Below, piece by piece: positions 48,501 through 61,624 of a stretch of 64,000 nt of DNA. The notes under the pieces were generated by a model. It had not been told where the DNA came from. It did no database searches and saw only the letters and a program-made list of their open reading frames with translations. A program made the position numbers and the translations under genes. This stretch comes from Vicugna vicugna (taxonomy: Eukaryota). Position 1 is the stretch's first letter; each line of letters begins with the position of its first letter. Location: NCBI GenBank assembly GCA_013265495.1, contig MU061464.1, positions 310,001-374,000 of the forward strand, in the 5' to 3' direction.

Positions 48501-49989
48501 TGTGAGGCTCATTCAGAGCGTACGTGAATGAAAACTTCAGGAGGTTTGCCTCTGAACTAACGCATTTCCCCTAATTTCCCCCGGTTGGGAGAGGGCTGGC
48601 GTAGAGCTGAAGTTGGGGTGGAATCCTGGGGGTTTTAGGTGGTGGTTGTCTGTGACCCAAGAGGAGTAAGGATGGTTTTAGGCTGAAACCGGGCTCCCAG
48701 GGCAGAGGACGCGCGTGCTCTGTCCAGGCTGTGAACAGCTGTCTCGTTCCCACCAGAGGCAATTTTGTGGGAATGTTCTTAGAAGCAGCGTGTACAGGCT
48801 TCTGCAGCCGTGCAGAGGAGACCACGGAGATCCAGGGAACATCAAGATGCTAATTCAGCCCGTCCTGTTTGAAAAGTATTTGACCCTTTCCCTCTTGACT
48901 CAACAACCCTTCAGGCTGTCAGCACGAAGTTGCAAAGTAGGAAAGAAATCAAAATTAATTCCTATCTTTTAACCTTTTGGGACGAGGAGGCTAGCAGAAG
49001 AAACACTATTTCTGAAAACATAATCGTGTATACCCTTCTTAGGCTCCTCTTGTAGTTTTTACGACCCAGTATCTTGAGCATTTTGGGTAAGTTCAGTTCC
49101 TGCGGAAGAACTGAGCCCCCCCCAGCGGAAAGGCAGCTGGAGGCAGTGGGGGGCTGGCTGGCTCCCGGAGCTCGTGGCTGTTTCCGTGGCTTCTGCTTTG
49201 CACCTCGCCCCATGTCTCCACCCAGAGGACGACAGCGCTGTTAGGCTCCAGTGTGCTGGGCGTAGCGGGGGAGGGGTGTCACTCACACACTGAACAGGGC
49301 CCTCTGCAAATCTAAAAGTAATAACTGAAGAATTAAAATGTGAAATGCAGCTTTGTCGTTGTGTAAGATTGAAAACTACTGAATCAGATTTATGGTGTGG
49401 TTCTTACAATCCTAAATTGTATAATCCTGTCCATTAAGTTTGTTAATAAAACCCAAATGTTACCCTTATGTTCCTGAAACAGATTTATAAGGCAGAGAGC
49501 ATCAGCTATCCCGTGGCAGACGGAGAGTGCCTCTCAGTGCTGTGAATGACCTGACGGGTTATTAATCTTTTCTGTGGGGAGTGTGTTTTCCTCATCAGCT
49601 GTCTGAAGTATTTGGGAAATTATATCTTGTAGGAGTTGCCATTCATCAGGAAGTGCTTGTTCATAGATGTAAGCCAGACCACATGGAGCAGTAAATGTTA
49701 TTAATCACTATGGAAACCAAAAATCACAAATGGGGTGGCCATACGTATAAGGCATTCTGCGTCTTACGGGGGTAAGTCATACGCAGATTTGGCTCAGTCC
49801 ACTCAAGTATTTATGGGGCACTTAATGGTCAGAAGGTCTGGGGGCACTTAGTCTAATGACCGATTCTCCTCCATGCAGAACCTAGAAGATCATTAAAGGG
49901 AAACGGAGGAGGAAAGAGTGCAGCTGATAGGGATGAGCTCCCTTGTAAGTGCGGGACCCGGGCCGGCAGGCAGGACGCTGGGGCTTCCG

Positions 49990-50075
49990 CTCTGGCCCTC
50001 AGAAACCAGCTGTGTGGCTGTAGGCGAGTCTTTTAACTCATTTGTGTTTCGGTTTTCTCATCTGTAACAAGGTGG
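49990..50075 (+). mobile_element. MIR fragment
   Basis: ccagctgtgtggctgtaggcgagtcttttaactc...cggttttctcatctgtaacaagg. Confidence 0.7.
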
Positions 50076-51699
50076 AGTTGGGCTGTATGACCTCAGGTGA
50101 CAAATCTGCTTCCTTCGTTGTCCTTCACAGGCATGGAGCGCTCCCTGTCTGTTGAGGAGGGGCGCTGTGCTGGGAGGGGGGCCTGGTGACGTCTCGGGGG
50201 GCGAGGATTGTTGCGCTGCGATGGCTTCGCCACCTGCGAACACGCCCTCGCGCAGTGAGGACGGGGCCGCCGTCTCTGCGGTAACCGTCGTTTGTGGACC
50301 CGCCTCTCCCTCCAGGCAGCGCGTGTGAGACGGGGTGTCGGGGTCGTCTCGCAGTGACGTCCATGGACAGAGGCAGGGGCAGTGCCCTGAGAAGCAGGCT
50401 GAGGATGCCAAGAGGCTGGTGGAGGAGGAGGCTGGCGGAGTCGGCTAACAAGCGTATTTGTTCTGTAGCCACTTAGCTCTTGGTTCCACTGGACTTTGCC
50501 GTGACTGTCATTTCAGTCGTTTCCATGATGAAGTTTTCTCCTAAGTGGGGTCTGAATCATCCGGTCCCAATGACTCAGCAGAGCCTGAGAGAGGGAGAAG
50601 GCGTCCGTGTTTCTGGCTCTGTTGCTGAGCCGGGTGTGTGGCAGGCGCCTTCTCTGGGCCCTTTTCTCACTGCTAAGTGGGGAAGCGTTCATCCCGTCCT
50701 GGTCCCTCCAGAGCACCGTGAGGATGGCGACGCCCCTGGATGAAGCTGCAGGCTCACACTGCATTCGCGCTGAGGAACCACAGAGTCTTCTGCATGTGGT
50801 TCAGACTCCAGACCTCCTGCCACACTTAGGGCGACCCTTTGACTTGTTTAATAAGGAAGGGGCCTACTAGATTCTAAGTTTTAAAATACGCATATGATTA
50901 AAAGTGAGAGGCTCCAAAACACTCGACCACCTGGCTTTTACAGACGTCCCACAGGGCGAGAAGGGGCCCTTAGGTTTCTTCACGTCCTGCTACCTCGCGC
51001 CATGAGTAGGTTTTGATCACTTGCTGAGCACCAGACTCTGTTTTGGGAGCTGGAGGAAGGTAGTGCTACGACACAGTCCCGATCCTCCCGGGGACCGCGC
51101 GGTGGGCAGGGCTGGGAAGCGCACGCTCCGTGGGGCTCCCCGGCCCTCCTGTGACAAGTGTTCATCAGAGAAGTCAGGCAGGACGCGGAGCCGGAGCCGA
51201 GGGAGGGGGTGTGTGCTGGTCGGGGAGGCCTTTCTGACTGGGCGACGCTTGAGCAGAGGCCGGGAGGAAGTGAAGGCCCAGGCGGGGGTTATTAGGAACA
51301 TTCTGGTTGGAGGAAACACGAGTGAAGATGCGGCTGAAGGCGGGCACCCTGGCTGAGCCGAGAGCGCGCGGGGCAGAGCAGAGGAGACCCAGAGGAGGGA
51401 GCGGGCGTGGGCATCGGCCTGGGCCTGGGCCACCAGGCACGCTCTCAGCATGTAGGTTTTGTTGTTGGTGGTTGGTTTGTTAGAACAGTGATAATTTTTT
51501 TGATTTTTCAATAGGATGACAGATTCTCGTTCCTAGGAAGATACCACCACGTTTCACAAAACACACCAGCCGCGTAAACGCACACGGAAAGTTGACACTC
51601 AAGACTGTTCTTGAAGCCGTCTTATCGTGGAAGCAAATTCAGGGAGCCAAATAGTCAGTTTCCTTTTTTTAAAAAAAAAGCTCCTGTTTTCTGAGCGAT

Positions 51700-51925
51700 A
51701 CTTTGTATAATGAGGTATAATTGACATGCAACACTGTATTAGTGTCAGGTATAAAACACTGATTCGACGTTTGTACGTATCGCAGAGTGATTACCTCAGC
51801 AAGTCTAGTTAACGTTGCTCACACACACAGTTACAGCTGCTTTCTTACGATGAGAACTTTTAAGATCTCTCAAGTTTCAAATACACAACACTGTTTATTA
51901 GCCGTAGTTGCAGTTTCACATGTAT
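51700..51925 (-). mobile_element. L1 3' end (L1MA-like)
   Basis: tgaggtataattgacatgcaacactgtattagtgtcaggtataaaacactgattcgac...caagtctagttaac...gatgagaacttttaagatctc. Confidence 0.8.
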
Positions 51926-52194
51926 GCTGCTGTCACAGTGAGACTGTGTTTTGGTTTGGGGGAGGTTTTGGTGGATTTCCCCCACAGTCGCTGGAGACTG
52001 AACAGCGCACGACGCGCGGCGTCAGGCCAGCCGTCGCGTCTCCGCGCCCCCTCCCCGGCGTGCGGAACCCAGTCTCCCACTTGGAGGCTGGGTCTCCCGT
52101 TACGCCGCCTGCTCCAGCCTCTGCCCGGCCCCAGACCAGCCAGTCAGCTTTCCTTCCCGTCTGCGCACACCCTCCCCTTCACTTTCACTTGTGA

Positions 52195-52330
52195 AGTGTT
52201 TACTATTGTGGTGAAGAGCACGTAGCATGGACTTGCCGTCCTAGCCAAGTGCAGGGGGCAGTGGCAGGAGCTACGGGGGAGCGGCTCTCTAGGCCGTCCT
52301 CTCTTAAGTCCCCGGAGCTCTCTGCTCCGT
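52195..52330 (-). mobile_element. L1 3' end, strongly GC-shifted
   Basis: attgtggtgaagagcacgtagcatggacttgccgtcctagcc parallels the L1 consensus attgtggtaaaatacacataacataaaatttaccatcttaacc. Confidence 0.6.
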
Positions 52331-52544
52331 GTGCACATCGTGGAGGACAGTGTTTTCGCTTCCGTCTCCTCTGAGCGGCTCTTTATGTTTGTGTCTTTAC
52401 ATCTGACGCTGTACCTGACGCGTAGGAGGCGGATATTGGATGTTAAAAGGCGTTTTATCTCTTTAACACTTAAGAAAGCTTTTAGTCTATGCCAAGCAGT
52501 ATTCTAAAGGTTTTGCAAATGTTAATTTGATTTTCACAAGAACT

Positions 52545-52625
52545 CTTTGGTACGCTTTGTCTGGCCTTACGAGGAAACTGAGGCGCTAAGATGTCCAGGA
52601 GCTTGCACAAGGTCACAGCTAACGA
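52545..52625 (-). mobile_element. MIR fragment
   Basis: ttacgaggaaactgaggcgctaag...cttgcacaaggtcacagct. Confidence 0.7.
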
Positions 52626-53339
52626 TGAACGAGCCCACTGCTAAAGGGAGGGAAACTAGTGTGAGGAAAGATAGGTGCGTGAAGACTCTGTGCCGCCTCC
52701 GGGCTCCAGGAACAGCAGGCAGGGTGGTCTGCGCCGCTGGGAGCGTGGTGGCGCGGGGCCTGTCGACTCCTGAGTCCTTGTGAAAAGCGCCTTTGTCCCC
52801 TGCCTCCTCCCCCGGGCTCTCTCGCCGCCTCTGCCCTCTCACCTGCTCAGCCGCCTCCTGGGCATCCCTGGGGCCGCTGCAGTGAGGTGACGGCTTTCTG
52901 TCTGTGGTTTGGGGATCACAGCTTGGGGAGGCGGGTTTACCCGCCAGTCCTTCGTCCCTCCTCCCACCGGGTGTTTCAGAGGCTGGTGGTGTTTGTTCTT
53001 CGGACTGTGGTCCACAGACCACCAGGATTCACACCACATGGGGGCTCCTGGACCGGCAGGGCCCTGGGCTCCACTTCAGACCAACTCAGTCTTGGCAGGC
53101 GGGGCTCCCCTTCTGTAGTCTCAGCTCATGAAGAGCAGCTGGGCTGGGGGTGCACACTTGCCGCTCGTGAGGGGAAGAATGAAGTAAGGAGAGACTCAGA
53201 GGATGCGCGTTTCTCTCGTCGGAGAGCTCAGGGAGGTTCTGTAGTCCGACCACAGCTCTTTGCTGTGCTGGTTCGGGAGGAGAAGGCGCAGGGCTGTGAG
53301 GGCAGAGATGGGGGTGTGCGCCTGGGAGCTCTGCTCACC

Positions 53340-53540
53340 TGGAGTGCGGGCTGGTCCCTGCGGCCCGTGGGCCAGCTGCCTGCTCTGGCGGCGCTCACCC
53401 GTGTTCATTTGCCTGCGTGGGTCTGTGACTGCCTGGCTCTGCAGGGGCGGGTGGAGTGGCGGCTGCAAAGCCCCACGCAGCCTGCAAAGCCTAAGGTACT
53501 GACTGGCCCTTTACAGAGAAGGCTTGTCAGGAAGCTGGGC
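53340..53540 (+). mobile_element. MER58A-like hAT element
   Basis: gcagcctgcaaagcctaaggtactgactggccctttacagagaaggcttg matches the MER58A 3' end. Confidence 0.75.
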
Positions 53541-53619
53541 TAGCCGGGGGAGCTTCCCCCAGAGAGAGAAATGCTGCTTCTCTTTTCTCTCCAGTGGGGT
53601 CACCTCTGGAACTGAAGTT

Positions 53620-53760
53620 TGGGTATCAAACACCTGAAGAGTGGGTAATGTGACTGAGTTACTGAAGTTTTCATTTCATTTAGCTTTAATTTAATATTAA
53701 AAGTTAATTCGAGTTTAAGTAGCCACATTTGGCTCCTGGCTACTGTCCCAGATTGTGCGG
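53620..53760 (+). mobile_element. MER3-like hAT element
   Basis: gtgactgagttactgaagttttcatttcatttagctttaatt...tttaagtagccacatttggctcctggctactgt. Confidence 0.75.
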
Positions 53761-53969
53761 GACCAGTGAGGGCCAAGGTTCCAGACTGGAGCTGGCTGTG
53801 GGCTGTCAGCTAAATGTTTACTGACAGGGCCGCCGAGAAGAGGGAGACTGGAGCAGGGAGCGTCCGGAAGGCCTGCATTCTGGAAGAGCTCCGCGTCTGC
53901 CCCATCGTGGTCCTTACGCGTCACCAGCGCAGGGCCCTCGCCTGCCACTTACCGGCTTTCTCAGCCTGG

Positions 53970-54075
53970 TCAGGTTACTTAGCTTCTCTCTGCCTCAACG
54001 TCCTCGTTTGTACGACGTGGATAGTGAAAGTTGAAGTGCTTAAACAGCGCCTTGTGTATAGTAAAACAGTGCTGA
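53970..54075 (+). mobile_element. MIR fragment
   Basis: caggttacttagcttctctctgcctcaacgtcctcgtttgtac...aagtgcttaaacagcgcc. Confidence 0.7.
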
Positions 54076-57000
54076 GTGTTTCCTGCTCTTGCCATCATTT
54101 CATAATTTTTTTGTGGTCCTTGTTATCGACTCCCCTCCTTTTTGTGTTTAAGGAGCCCGGATTCTGAGTGTCAGGATGACATTGTGCTGACCTGGCTCAG
54201 GCCGTCTGTCCTGAACTTGGAGGCTGTGCTCTGTCCCCCTCCATGCAGGCTCACGGCAGCTCGCCCAGTTGGGTTCAGCATGTGACGTGTCGTCTGCGGC
54301 CTCCTGCCGGTCACTGTGGACGCTGGTGGATGGCCACGTCACTCCGCAGAGACTCCACAGTGAACTGGGCGTGTGTGATCAGGGGCCAGGCATCTCCTAG
54401 CGCCCGCGCTCCTTCCTGAGCTGAAGGAGCCCTAGTGATGTTCGGAAGGAAGTATGTTTCCATCTTATCAGAACCTCCTAACATGAGAAAGCTTGACGTC
54501 TTCCCTCTTATGGAGGCGTGAGCGGGGCTGGCAGGAACGTACTGGGGGGTGGGAGTCGCAATTTGGTAAATGGTATCAGTAACAGAAATCCAGAAGTGAA
54601 AATATTCTGAACGGTGTCGCTGTAGGGTTTGAAACTGAGTGATGATGCGTTAGCCTTCTCGCCTTCGGTGGTGTCTGCCAGTAACCCAGAGCTGCCCCCG
54701 TCGCAGCCGCACCATATCGACTTTAACGAACGTGGCCTCTTGAAGATCTACTTCTAGGGTTTCCGAGACAGTCACGACGTAAGTCCTTTCCAGTCCTTAG
54801 ATCTGTCCTCCAAGGATGGGACGACAGGGTGCCCAGCAGATCTCACGTGCCCAGCAGTTGCTCTCCAGGCCTGCCTTTTTGATCTATAGGCCCGCGTTGC
54901 AACGCCCCTTGGTGAGCAAATCCTGTAGCTAGAAAGCTGGCCCAGACGGCGGGGGCTGCTTCGCTGTGCAAGTCCGTCCTTTGGGCCGGAGTGTTGCTTG
55001 TTTTTTGTTTCCAGATTCTGGTTTGCCTTTGAGGGCATCTGACTTACACTGAACCCGCTGAGAGTTTCCGCAGGCTCGCTTTACACGTGGTCAACTGTTA
55101 GCATCCTCTAGCTTGAAACCGTGTGCGGCCTGAAGCTGCCCGTCTTACGGAGGGAGGACGTGGACGTGTGGCGGTCTCTGACGGGATGAGCCCGTGGGGG
55201 ATCGGGCTGTCCAGGAGGCACAGCTGCTGGGCTGCAGGCCTGTTTTTCCGTGCACGTCGGTGCGTCTCACTGCTCTGGTCATCACTGCGTTTGCCGGCTA
55301 GACTTCATCTCCTGCCCTTCCCGCACATCTGCCTACGGCCCAGCGACACCCGTTTCCAGCGCTTCAGCTGAGAGAAAGGAAGCAATACGAACTTCTCTCC
55401 TGCTCTGAATTCCATGGTTTCTCCTCTCTTTCTGTTTGAATGCAGAGAGAGGATGCAGCTTGCAATTTAGAAGACTCTGGTTCCAGTTATAGATTTCCTT
55501 GGGGCACAAGCCTTATTAATATAAATTGAAGAGCTAGAACGAATGAGTAGAAGTTATGAGAAGACCGATTTAAACTCAGCATAGGGAGCGCTTGCTAAGC
55601 AGCAGGGCTGGCCGGCAGTCCGCTGTCATAGACCGTGGGCGCGCTCGGTCAGGCGGCTCTGCTGGGGAGGTGGGAGTGGACGGGAAGCTGATGGGACGGC
55701 GTTGTGGGCCGTGATAGAGTGTGCTTCACAGATGTCATAACAAACCCTTTTTTATTAAATCCATGGTGTTACCTTCTATACAGTGTTATGTTCAAGGAAT
55801 TATTTCTTTTTTCCTAAGTCATAGTTGAGTGAGACTAACTAATGTAGCACTAACAGATGTGTTTGTTCTACTGATGTGTGTGTACAATCATCTTCCCTGC
55901 AAATTTATTTTAAAATTAATTAGCGATTGACAACGAGAGTGTTCAGCAGTGAATTCAGCAGTTACTTATTTGGGACCAACTATACCCATCACACTGTGCT
56001 AACGTCATGGAGGGTAAAATATAAATGAAACACTACTTTTGCATTCTAATTGGAGCAAGAGACGTGTACTTTAGCCAGAACATCAATGAGACTATGAAAA
56101 AAATATTAAAATCAGGTTACAAAAAAAGTGAAGAGGAAGCCATTCAGCTCTTCCTGGAGCAGTCCGTGGCGTCGATGTGGACTGGACTTTACAAGACGGG
56201 GAAGGTTGGAAGGGGCGGGTGCAGTTAGCTAGCGTGGATTTGGTGTCTGCTGTCTGTGAGGCATCGTCTGTGTGCTTCGCATGTCTCTGTGTGGTTTGGT
56301 GCTGTCGCCCTCGTTCTGCAGACGGGGAATCTGGTTAAGGGCCAGGAGAGAGTTTACTTAGGGTCTGTACAGGGGGAGTGTTGAGTCGCTGGCATGGATG
56401 TGTGGGGCGGGGAGCTGGGTAACAGATGGGAAAGGTTTACTGCCGTCACGTGATCTGATCCGAATGAGGAAGTTTACTCTCCAGCGTCACTTTTGGACCA
56501 TCAGAGACAAAGCGAACTGCACTGGTGTTGGCGAGACGAGCTTTAGACTCCAGTTCTGGATTGTCACACACAGAAATCTCACTAGGTCAAACGTTTGTCA
56601 CAAGCCAAGAAGAGCGCCATAGCTGAGACCTGACTTTGATTTTTTTTTTCCTACCACTTACTTGCTGAGTGTCCTGAGGAGACAGTCTCTTCACTCGTAA
56701 CCTGAGGGGCAAAAATACTGCCCCTTGAGTACGTGACAGTCCCGGTCTCGGTGGCATATATACGTGGGAAGAACTTAATACCAGTTGAAGCTAAGTAGGC
56801 AACGGGCTTTAGAGCAGCGGCTCTTGCCCGTCAGCCAGACACCCTGAATGTACCCCCACCCCGCCAGCCTCCTGGAGCAGCTCCGTAGTTCTCCCTGCGT
56901 GGACTATGGCAGCATCTCTGCACCGGTTTCTGCACCCGCTAGCCTCAAGGTAGAATGTCAGATTAACGTTTCCAGGTTGTAATGCGTATGATGCTCCTTC

Positions 57001-57189
57001 CCTGTTTGAAGGTCTTCAGCAGCACCGCGGCCCACAGGATGACAGGCGGGTTCCTGCGGGCTCCAGCTGTTCCAGCGTTAACCTCGCCTTCTCACCTGCC
57101 CGCCTGACGGCTTTTCTCATTTCCTTCTCCGTCTCTGTCCCTAACCGTGCTGGTCCCAGTGGATTTCTCCTTCCTTTATTGCTCTTTAT

Positions 57190-58200
57190 AATCTCTTGTG
57201 AGTCACCTATTCAGCCAACATTTACTGAGCAACTGATGATGGTGACGCACCGCCAGGCGGTGAGAACGCACAGGTAGGTAAGAGGGTGTTGCACGCCGAT
57301 TTTAGTCGCCCGGTGATACTCACAGGCGCGTACATATCACCATTTCCAGACCACAAGCTCCCGAGGACACGGGGAGCAGAATAGGACCTGGAGGAGGAAG
57401 TGAGGTGAAGGCGGGCTTTTTGTTTTTTATTTTTTTAAGGTAGGCAAGTCACAGTGTGCATTTGCTGACAGGTGGGACCCAGTGGCAGGGGAAGCAGGGT
57501 AACGGAGGAGAGGGGGAGACGGCTGCTGGAGGGGTGACGGAGCGGAGGCTAGAGGTGGGACGGACGGTGCAGGTGCAGGAGTGGCTGTGAGGGGGCAGAC
57601 GGTCCCTCCACAGAAACGGGGCCGACAGTGCGGGTATGAACGTGGGAAGACTAGCGAAGGTGGAAGCGGCCGTGTGGGGAAGCTCTCCTATCACTTCTGT
57701 TTCTCAGTGATACACAAGCGCACAGTTCTGCACTGCAGGTCGGGAGGAGATTTGTAAAGAGAGGGCAGAGTGCAAAACAGCCGTCCAGGCTGGGGGCAGG
57801 GTGGTGGACGCGGGGTGTGCAGTAGGGTTGCCAAGGCCGACCCAAGGACCCACCCGAGATCAGCGGTCACAGGTGACAGTGGATCGTGGGGCCCCCGTGA
57901 GTCCGGCAGCCCCGGAGATCGGCTTTCTAACCAGAACTGCGGTTTGTCCGATGAGCAGGATGAAGAAAGAAGGAGGGGCGAGGGGAGCACAGGTGGATGA
58001 GAAGGAAGGAGGTGTTCACGAGCGGAGGCCCGTGGAGGGAGAGGACGTGAGGGGCTGAGTGGCAGTGGAAAGCAAGGATCCCTGGGACGCAGTCCGGTGC
58101 CCTTAGCGGGTTGTGAGATGAGCATCGAGGCAGTGACTGGGAGGAGTAAGCACTTCGGGATGTTTCAGAGGCCAGTAGAACTTTCTGATTGCTTCGATGC
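57190..58200 (-). mobile_element. L2 fragments
   Basis: cacctattcagccaacatttactgagc tail at ~57205, then purine-rich L2-type sequence. Confidence 0.5.
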
Positions 58201-61200
58201 AGGGAGCAGGGGAGAGAGAAGTCGGGACGCTGCCAGGGCACAGCTTGGGTTGGCTCAATAAATACGGTCCCCGAGCTCACAGGCCAGACAGGTAAGAATG
58301 TCAGAAACACGGAGAGGGCAGGGGCTGCGTGTCGGGCAGGTGGGGGTCTTCTCAAAGGGGCAGCTCCGCTGTGGCTGTCATTACTGTGGGGGTGAGGGTC
58401 CGGGCTGCGTGAACTTTCAGTTTCAGAAAAACGAGAGTCCGGATTTTAACGTGCAGTCTCCCAGCTCGTGGAGCTGACGACTTTTGTTCTCAACCAAACA
58501 CAGCGGCAGTTGCATCCAGGCCTCCAGGCCACCGCCTTTTCCCTTGAGGGTTTTCCTTTCTGTCCGGGAGATAAAACTTACCTCCATGAAACTTCATCTG
58601 TATCTTGTCTTATTCAAGAAAGAATCTGAAGCCTCATGAGGTGGAGGCAGGTGAAGTGCTGAGTTGTGCGGCATGGCCCCCAGACACAGGGCAGCTCTGA
58701 GAGGCACAGGGCTGCGGCCTCCTGCTGAGTCAGAGCGCCTCCCCACCCGGGGGCCTTGCCCTCAGGCCCAATTCTTTGTGGTTTCCGTCCCATTAACCTT
58801 GAACAGTTACAGTGAACTTTATTTTTAGCTTCTGCTTTTAATTTCCAAATTGGTAACCGAGCTCAGTGGTCCTTGGCCCAGTGGTCCTCGGTCCGGAGCG
58901 GCCAGGCCCGGGGAGGGTACCTCTGGCCGTGAACTGGCCCTGGTGGTCACTTTACGCCTTCCTGTGAGCTGTTCATGAGGCTCCGTCCGCGCCCTGTCCG
59001 GGGGCTGGGGTGGCGTCTTGGGAGCCGGGGGCTCCGCTCTGCCCAGCAGCTGCTGGGAGGGGAGGCCGGGCTGGGGAGGGAGGAGCCCTGGGGAGTCCCA
59101 TCCTCAGCCTGCCAGCAGAGGTTCTCCGGCTGCGCTGAGAGAGACAAGAAACCCGCCAGTTGGTTGAGCGACGGGTCCCCCAAGCGGCTGTAGTTACTTG
59201 CTCCGAGTTTGCTGTGTCCCCGCAATGGGCCAGACCCTGTCCTGCGCCCGGGGACTCAAGGTGACGAGGCAGGTGTCCCCGCTGTCATGCTGGTGGCTTC
59301 TTGCTTCTCTCCTTCCTCGCACTCGTCCCTCGACTGACTGACCGCGGCATGCCGCGCACCGGGCTGGCTGTTGGGAGTGCAGAGAGATGAATGTCGGCCT
59401 GCTCCAGGGGAAGCAGGCAAGTGACCGTTGTGTTTACTGAGATGAATCGAGATAGCTTGAGAGTCCACAGGGCGTTCAGTGATGAGGAGGACGCTGAGGA
59501 AAGGGGCTCAGCCCCTGCCCTGCTCGGGGGCCGGGTCGGGAGGAGGCCACGGTCCTGTACCTCCAGAAGCACCTGCCACTGTTTAAATGGTTCGCTGATC
59601 GTTTGTATCTCAGACTCCAAGTGTCTTTGTGTTCCCGGCAGAGTCCCTGGTGCCCACGTCCTGAACAAATGTTGGTTGAATCATGGACAGCAAAGCGTGG
59701 GTTGCAGGACAGAAATTAGCTTGTTGCTGTAATAGAGAGCGGTTCTTTCAGAAGACGCCACATCTGCGCCAGGCCTGGGACAATAGGGGGCAGTTCCACA
59801 CGAGAAGGGAGGAGGTGGCCCGAGCCGCTCACAGAGCCCAGCCCACGCCACTCACGGGCGTGTGGGGAGCGTGGGGAGGTGAGAAAGGGCGGAGGCGGAT
59901 AGTGGAGGGGCTTCGATGCTGGCGGGGGAGTTCAGACTCTACCTAGTAAGCAGCAGAGCTTTTAAAGGGCTGTTCCCGGGGGTACTTTCAGAACCTACCT
60001 TTGATGCAGTGTGATGGGTAGATTGGAAGCGTTACAGGATCAAAAATAGGGATTTTTCCCCCTAGTTTACTGACATAAAAGAGCTGTATTTTTTAAACTG
60101 GGTGGGGAGACCCAAGCATGACTGGAGGCTGGGGGACCAGTAGGAGAAGGGGAGTGCTTCTGAGGAGCACGGTCACTCTGAGACGGTGAGAGAGGGCGAT
60201 CTGGGGGCCTGCTCAGCGCAGGGCAGGGCCCGTGAGCAGGCCCTGCTGGAGGGAGGTGCTCGCGGTGGAGCTGGCCGAGGCTGCGCATTCTGGGCCCTCG
60301 AGGTCACTGTTCAAACGGCTGAGCGAGAGGTTTCAGCTGGGCAAGGGGGCAGGCAAGGAGAACCAGAAGGGGCTGACGCTGCTCCCCTCGTCTGCTCCAC
60401 ACCTGACTTGTACCAGCGCTGTGACGGGGACACCGAGCCGCGCAGGAGGTGCGCCTGGGCGCGCTACCCTCTGTCAGCTAACCCTTCAGGGCCCGTTTGG
60501 CACTGGCCGCCTGTGAACCTGTCAGCGGAGACGCGAGGGCTTTAGAAAAGCCAGGTGCCTTCAGAAAGCCGGCGCCACCCCGCCAGCATCCGGCTCAGCG
60601 AGGGGCCCGGGCCTGGCGGGGCGTGGCTGCTTCGGTCCGTTTCTTGCTTACTCGTCATTGCTAATGCGTTGCAGGTAAAGTGTGTGGGAAAGCAGACCAG
60701 CTAGCTAGAGTGTGCTCCGGGTCAATCTTTCTTGCTTTGTCCTTGCTGAAGAAAGCAGGGCGTGTTGCGTGAACGCATCCGGTCGGGCTGCAGGCTGTAC
60801 CTGAAGCTGCGGACGGGCCTTCGGCAGGAATCCCAGACGCGTGGACAGACGCAGCTCGCCCTGTGTGTTTTGGTGGAGAGGAGGCTGACCTCACCGTGAG
60901 CCTCGCGAGCTCGTCTTCGGGGCGTGCTGGGGCGAGGGGCTCTGTGTGGAGCCCTTCCTGCTTCCTGACGTTAGTCACTGAAGGAAAACGCCCACGGGAC
61001 AGTAAAAATAAGCCCTGCCATCTGCTCAGCTCCCAGAGCCCCAGGTGCTGTCAGTCTTCACATCCACATCTCGGAAGTCGCAGGCGCGATGCTCTGCTGC
61101 AGACTGCGGAGAGCGGCGTGGGTACAGGTGTCCAGGGGACGGTGTTGGCTTAGGTAAGAGTTTGTGGTGACGAGCGGCTGCTCTGTTGCTCAGGCCTTGA

Positions 61201-61224
61201 CACCGGGGAGGCAACAGTGCGGGG

Positions 61225-61295
61225 TTGGACAGACATGGGTTCAAATCCCAGCCCTTTCATCTGGGTGACCGTCAGCGAGTCCTGGAGCGCCCCAG
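61225..61295 (+). mobile_element. MIR 5' fragment
   Basis: catgggttcaaatcccagccct...ctgggtgaccgtcagcgagtc. Confidence 0.55.
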
Positions 61296-61500
61296 ACAGT
61301 CCCTCTCAGAGCTGGCATGGTAACGGGAGAAACTGGGCTCATGACCCGCAGACACGGCCTGAACCAGCAAGGCCTGGCGGCTCACGATCGCTGGCGCCGC
61401 TCCCTCACTGAGGCCTGTGCTGTCGGATCCTGGCGTCGCCGAGCTTCCCTTCCCTGCGTTCCCTGTGTCAGGCCGTCACAGTTCCCACCAAGGGTCTCCT

Positions 61501-61624
61501 TTTTTTGTTTGTTTATTTATTTATTTTTAAAACTTCCCCCCCTTGATGGAGGCCCTGGGGATTGAACCCAGGCCCTCGTGCACGCCGAGCACACGCTCTA
61601 CCGCTGAGCTGTACCCCGACTCCC
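61501..61624 (-). mobile_element. Camelid tRNA-Ala-derived SINE with 8-bp TSD
   Basis: tRNA-like head 61547-61618 (A box cagctcagcgg, B box ggttcaatcc), (AAAT)n/(AAAC)n tail, GGTCTCCT at 61493-61500 and 61625-61632. Confidence 0.92.

Noticed and set aside
14758-59795. Partial CTCF-like motifs (~14759, ~25066, ~52252, ~59781)
   Set aside because: Each has core mismatches and cannot be supported without a PWM scan or ChIP data.
61547-61618. tRNA-Ala gene
   Set aside because: Acceptor stem broken, anticodon loop altered, and followed by an A-rich tail with TSD, so it is a SINE. The 15.4-kb copy is rejected for the same kind of reason.
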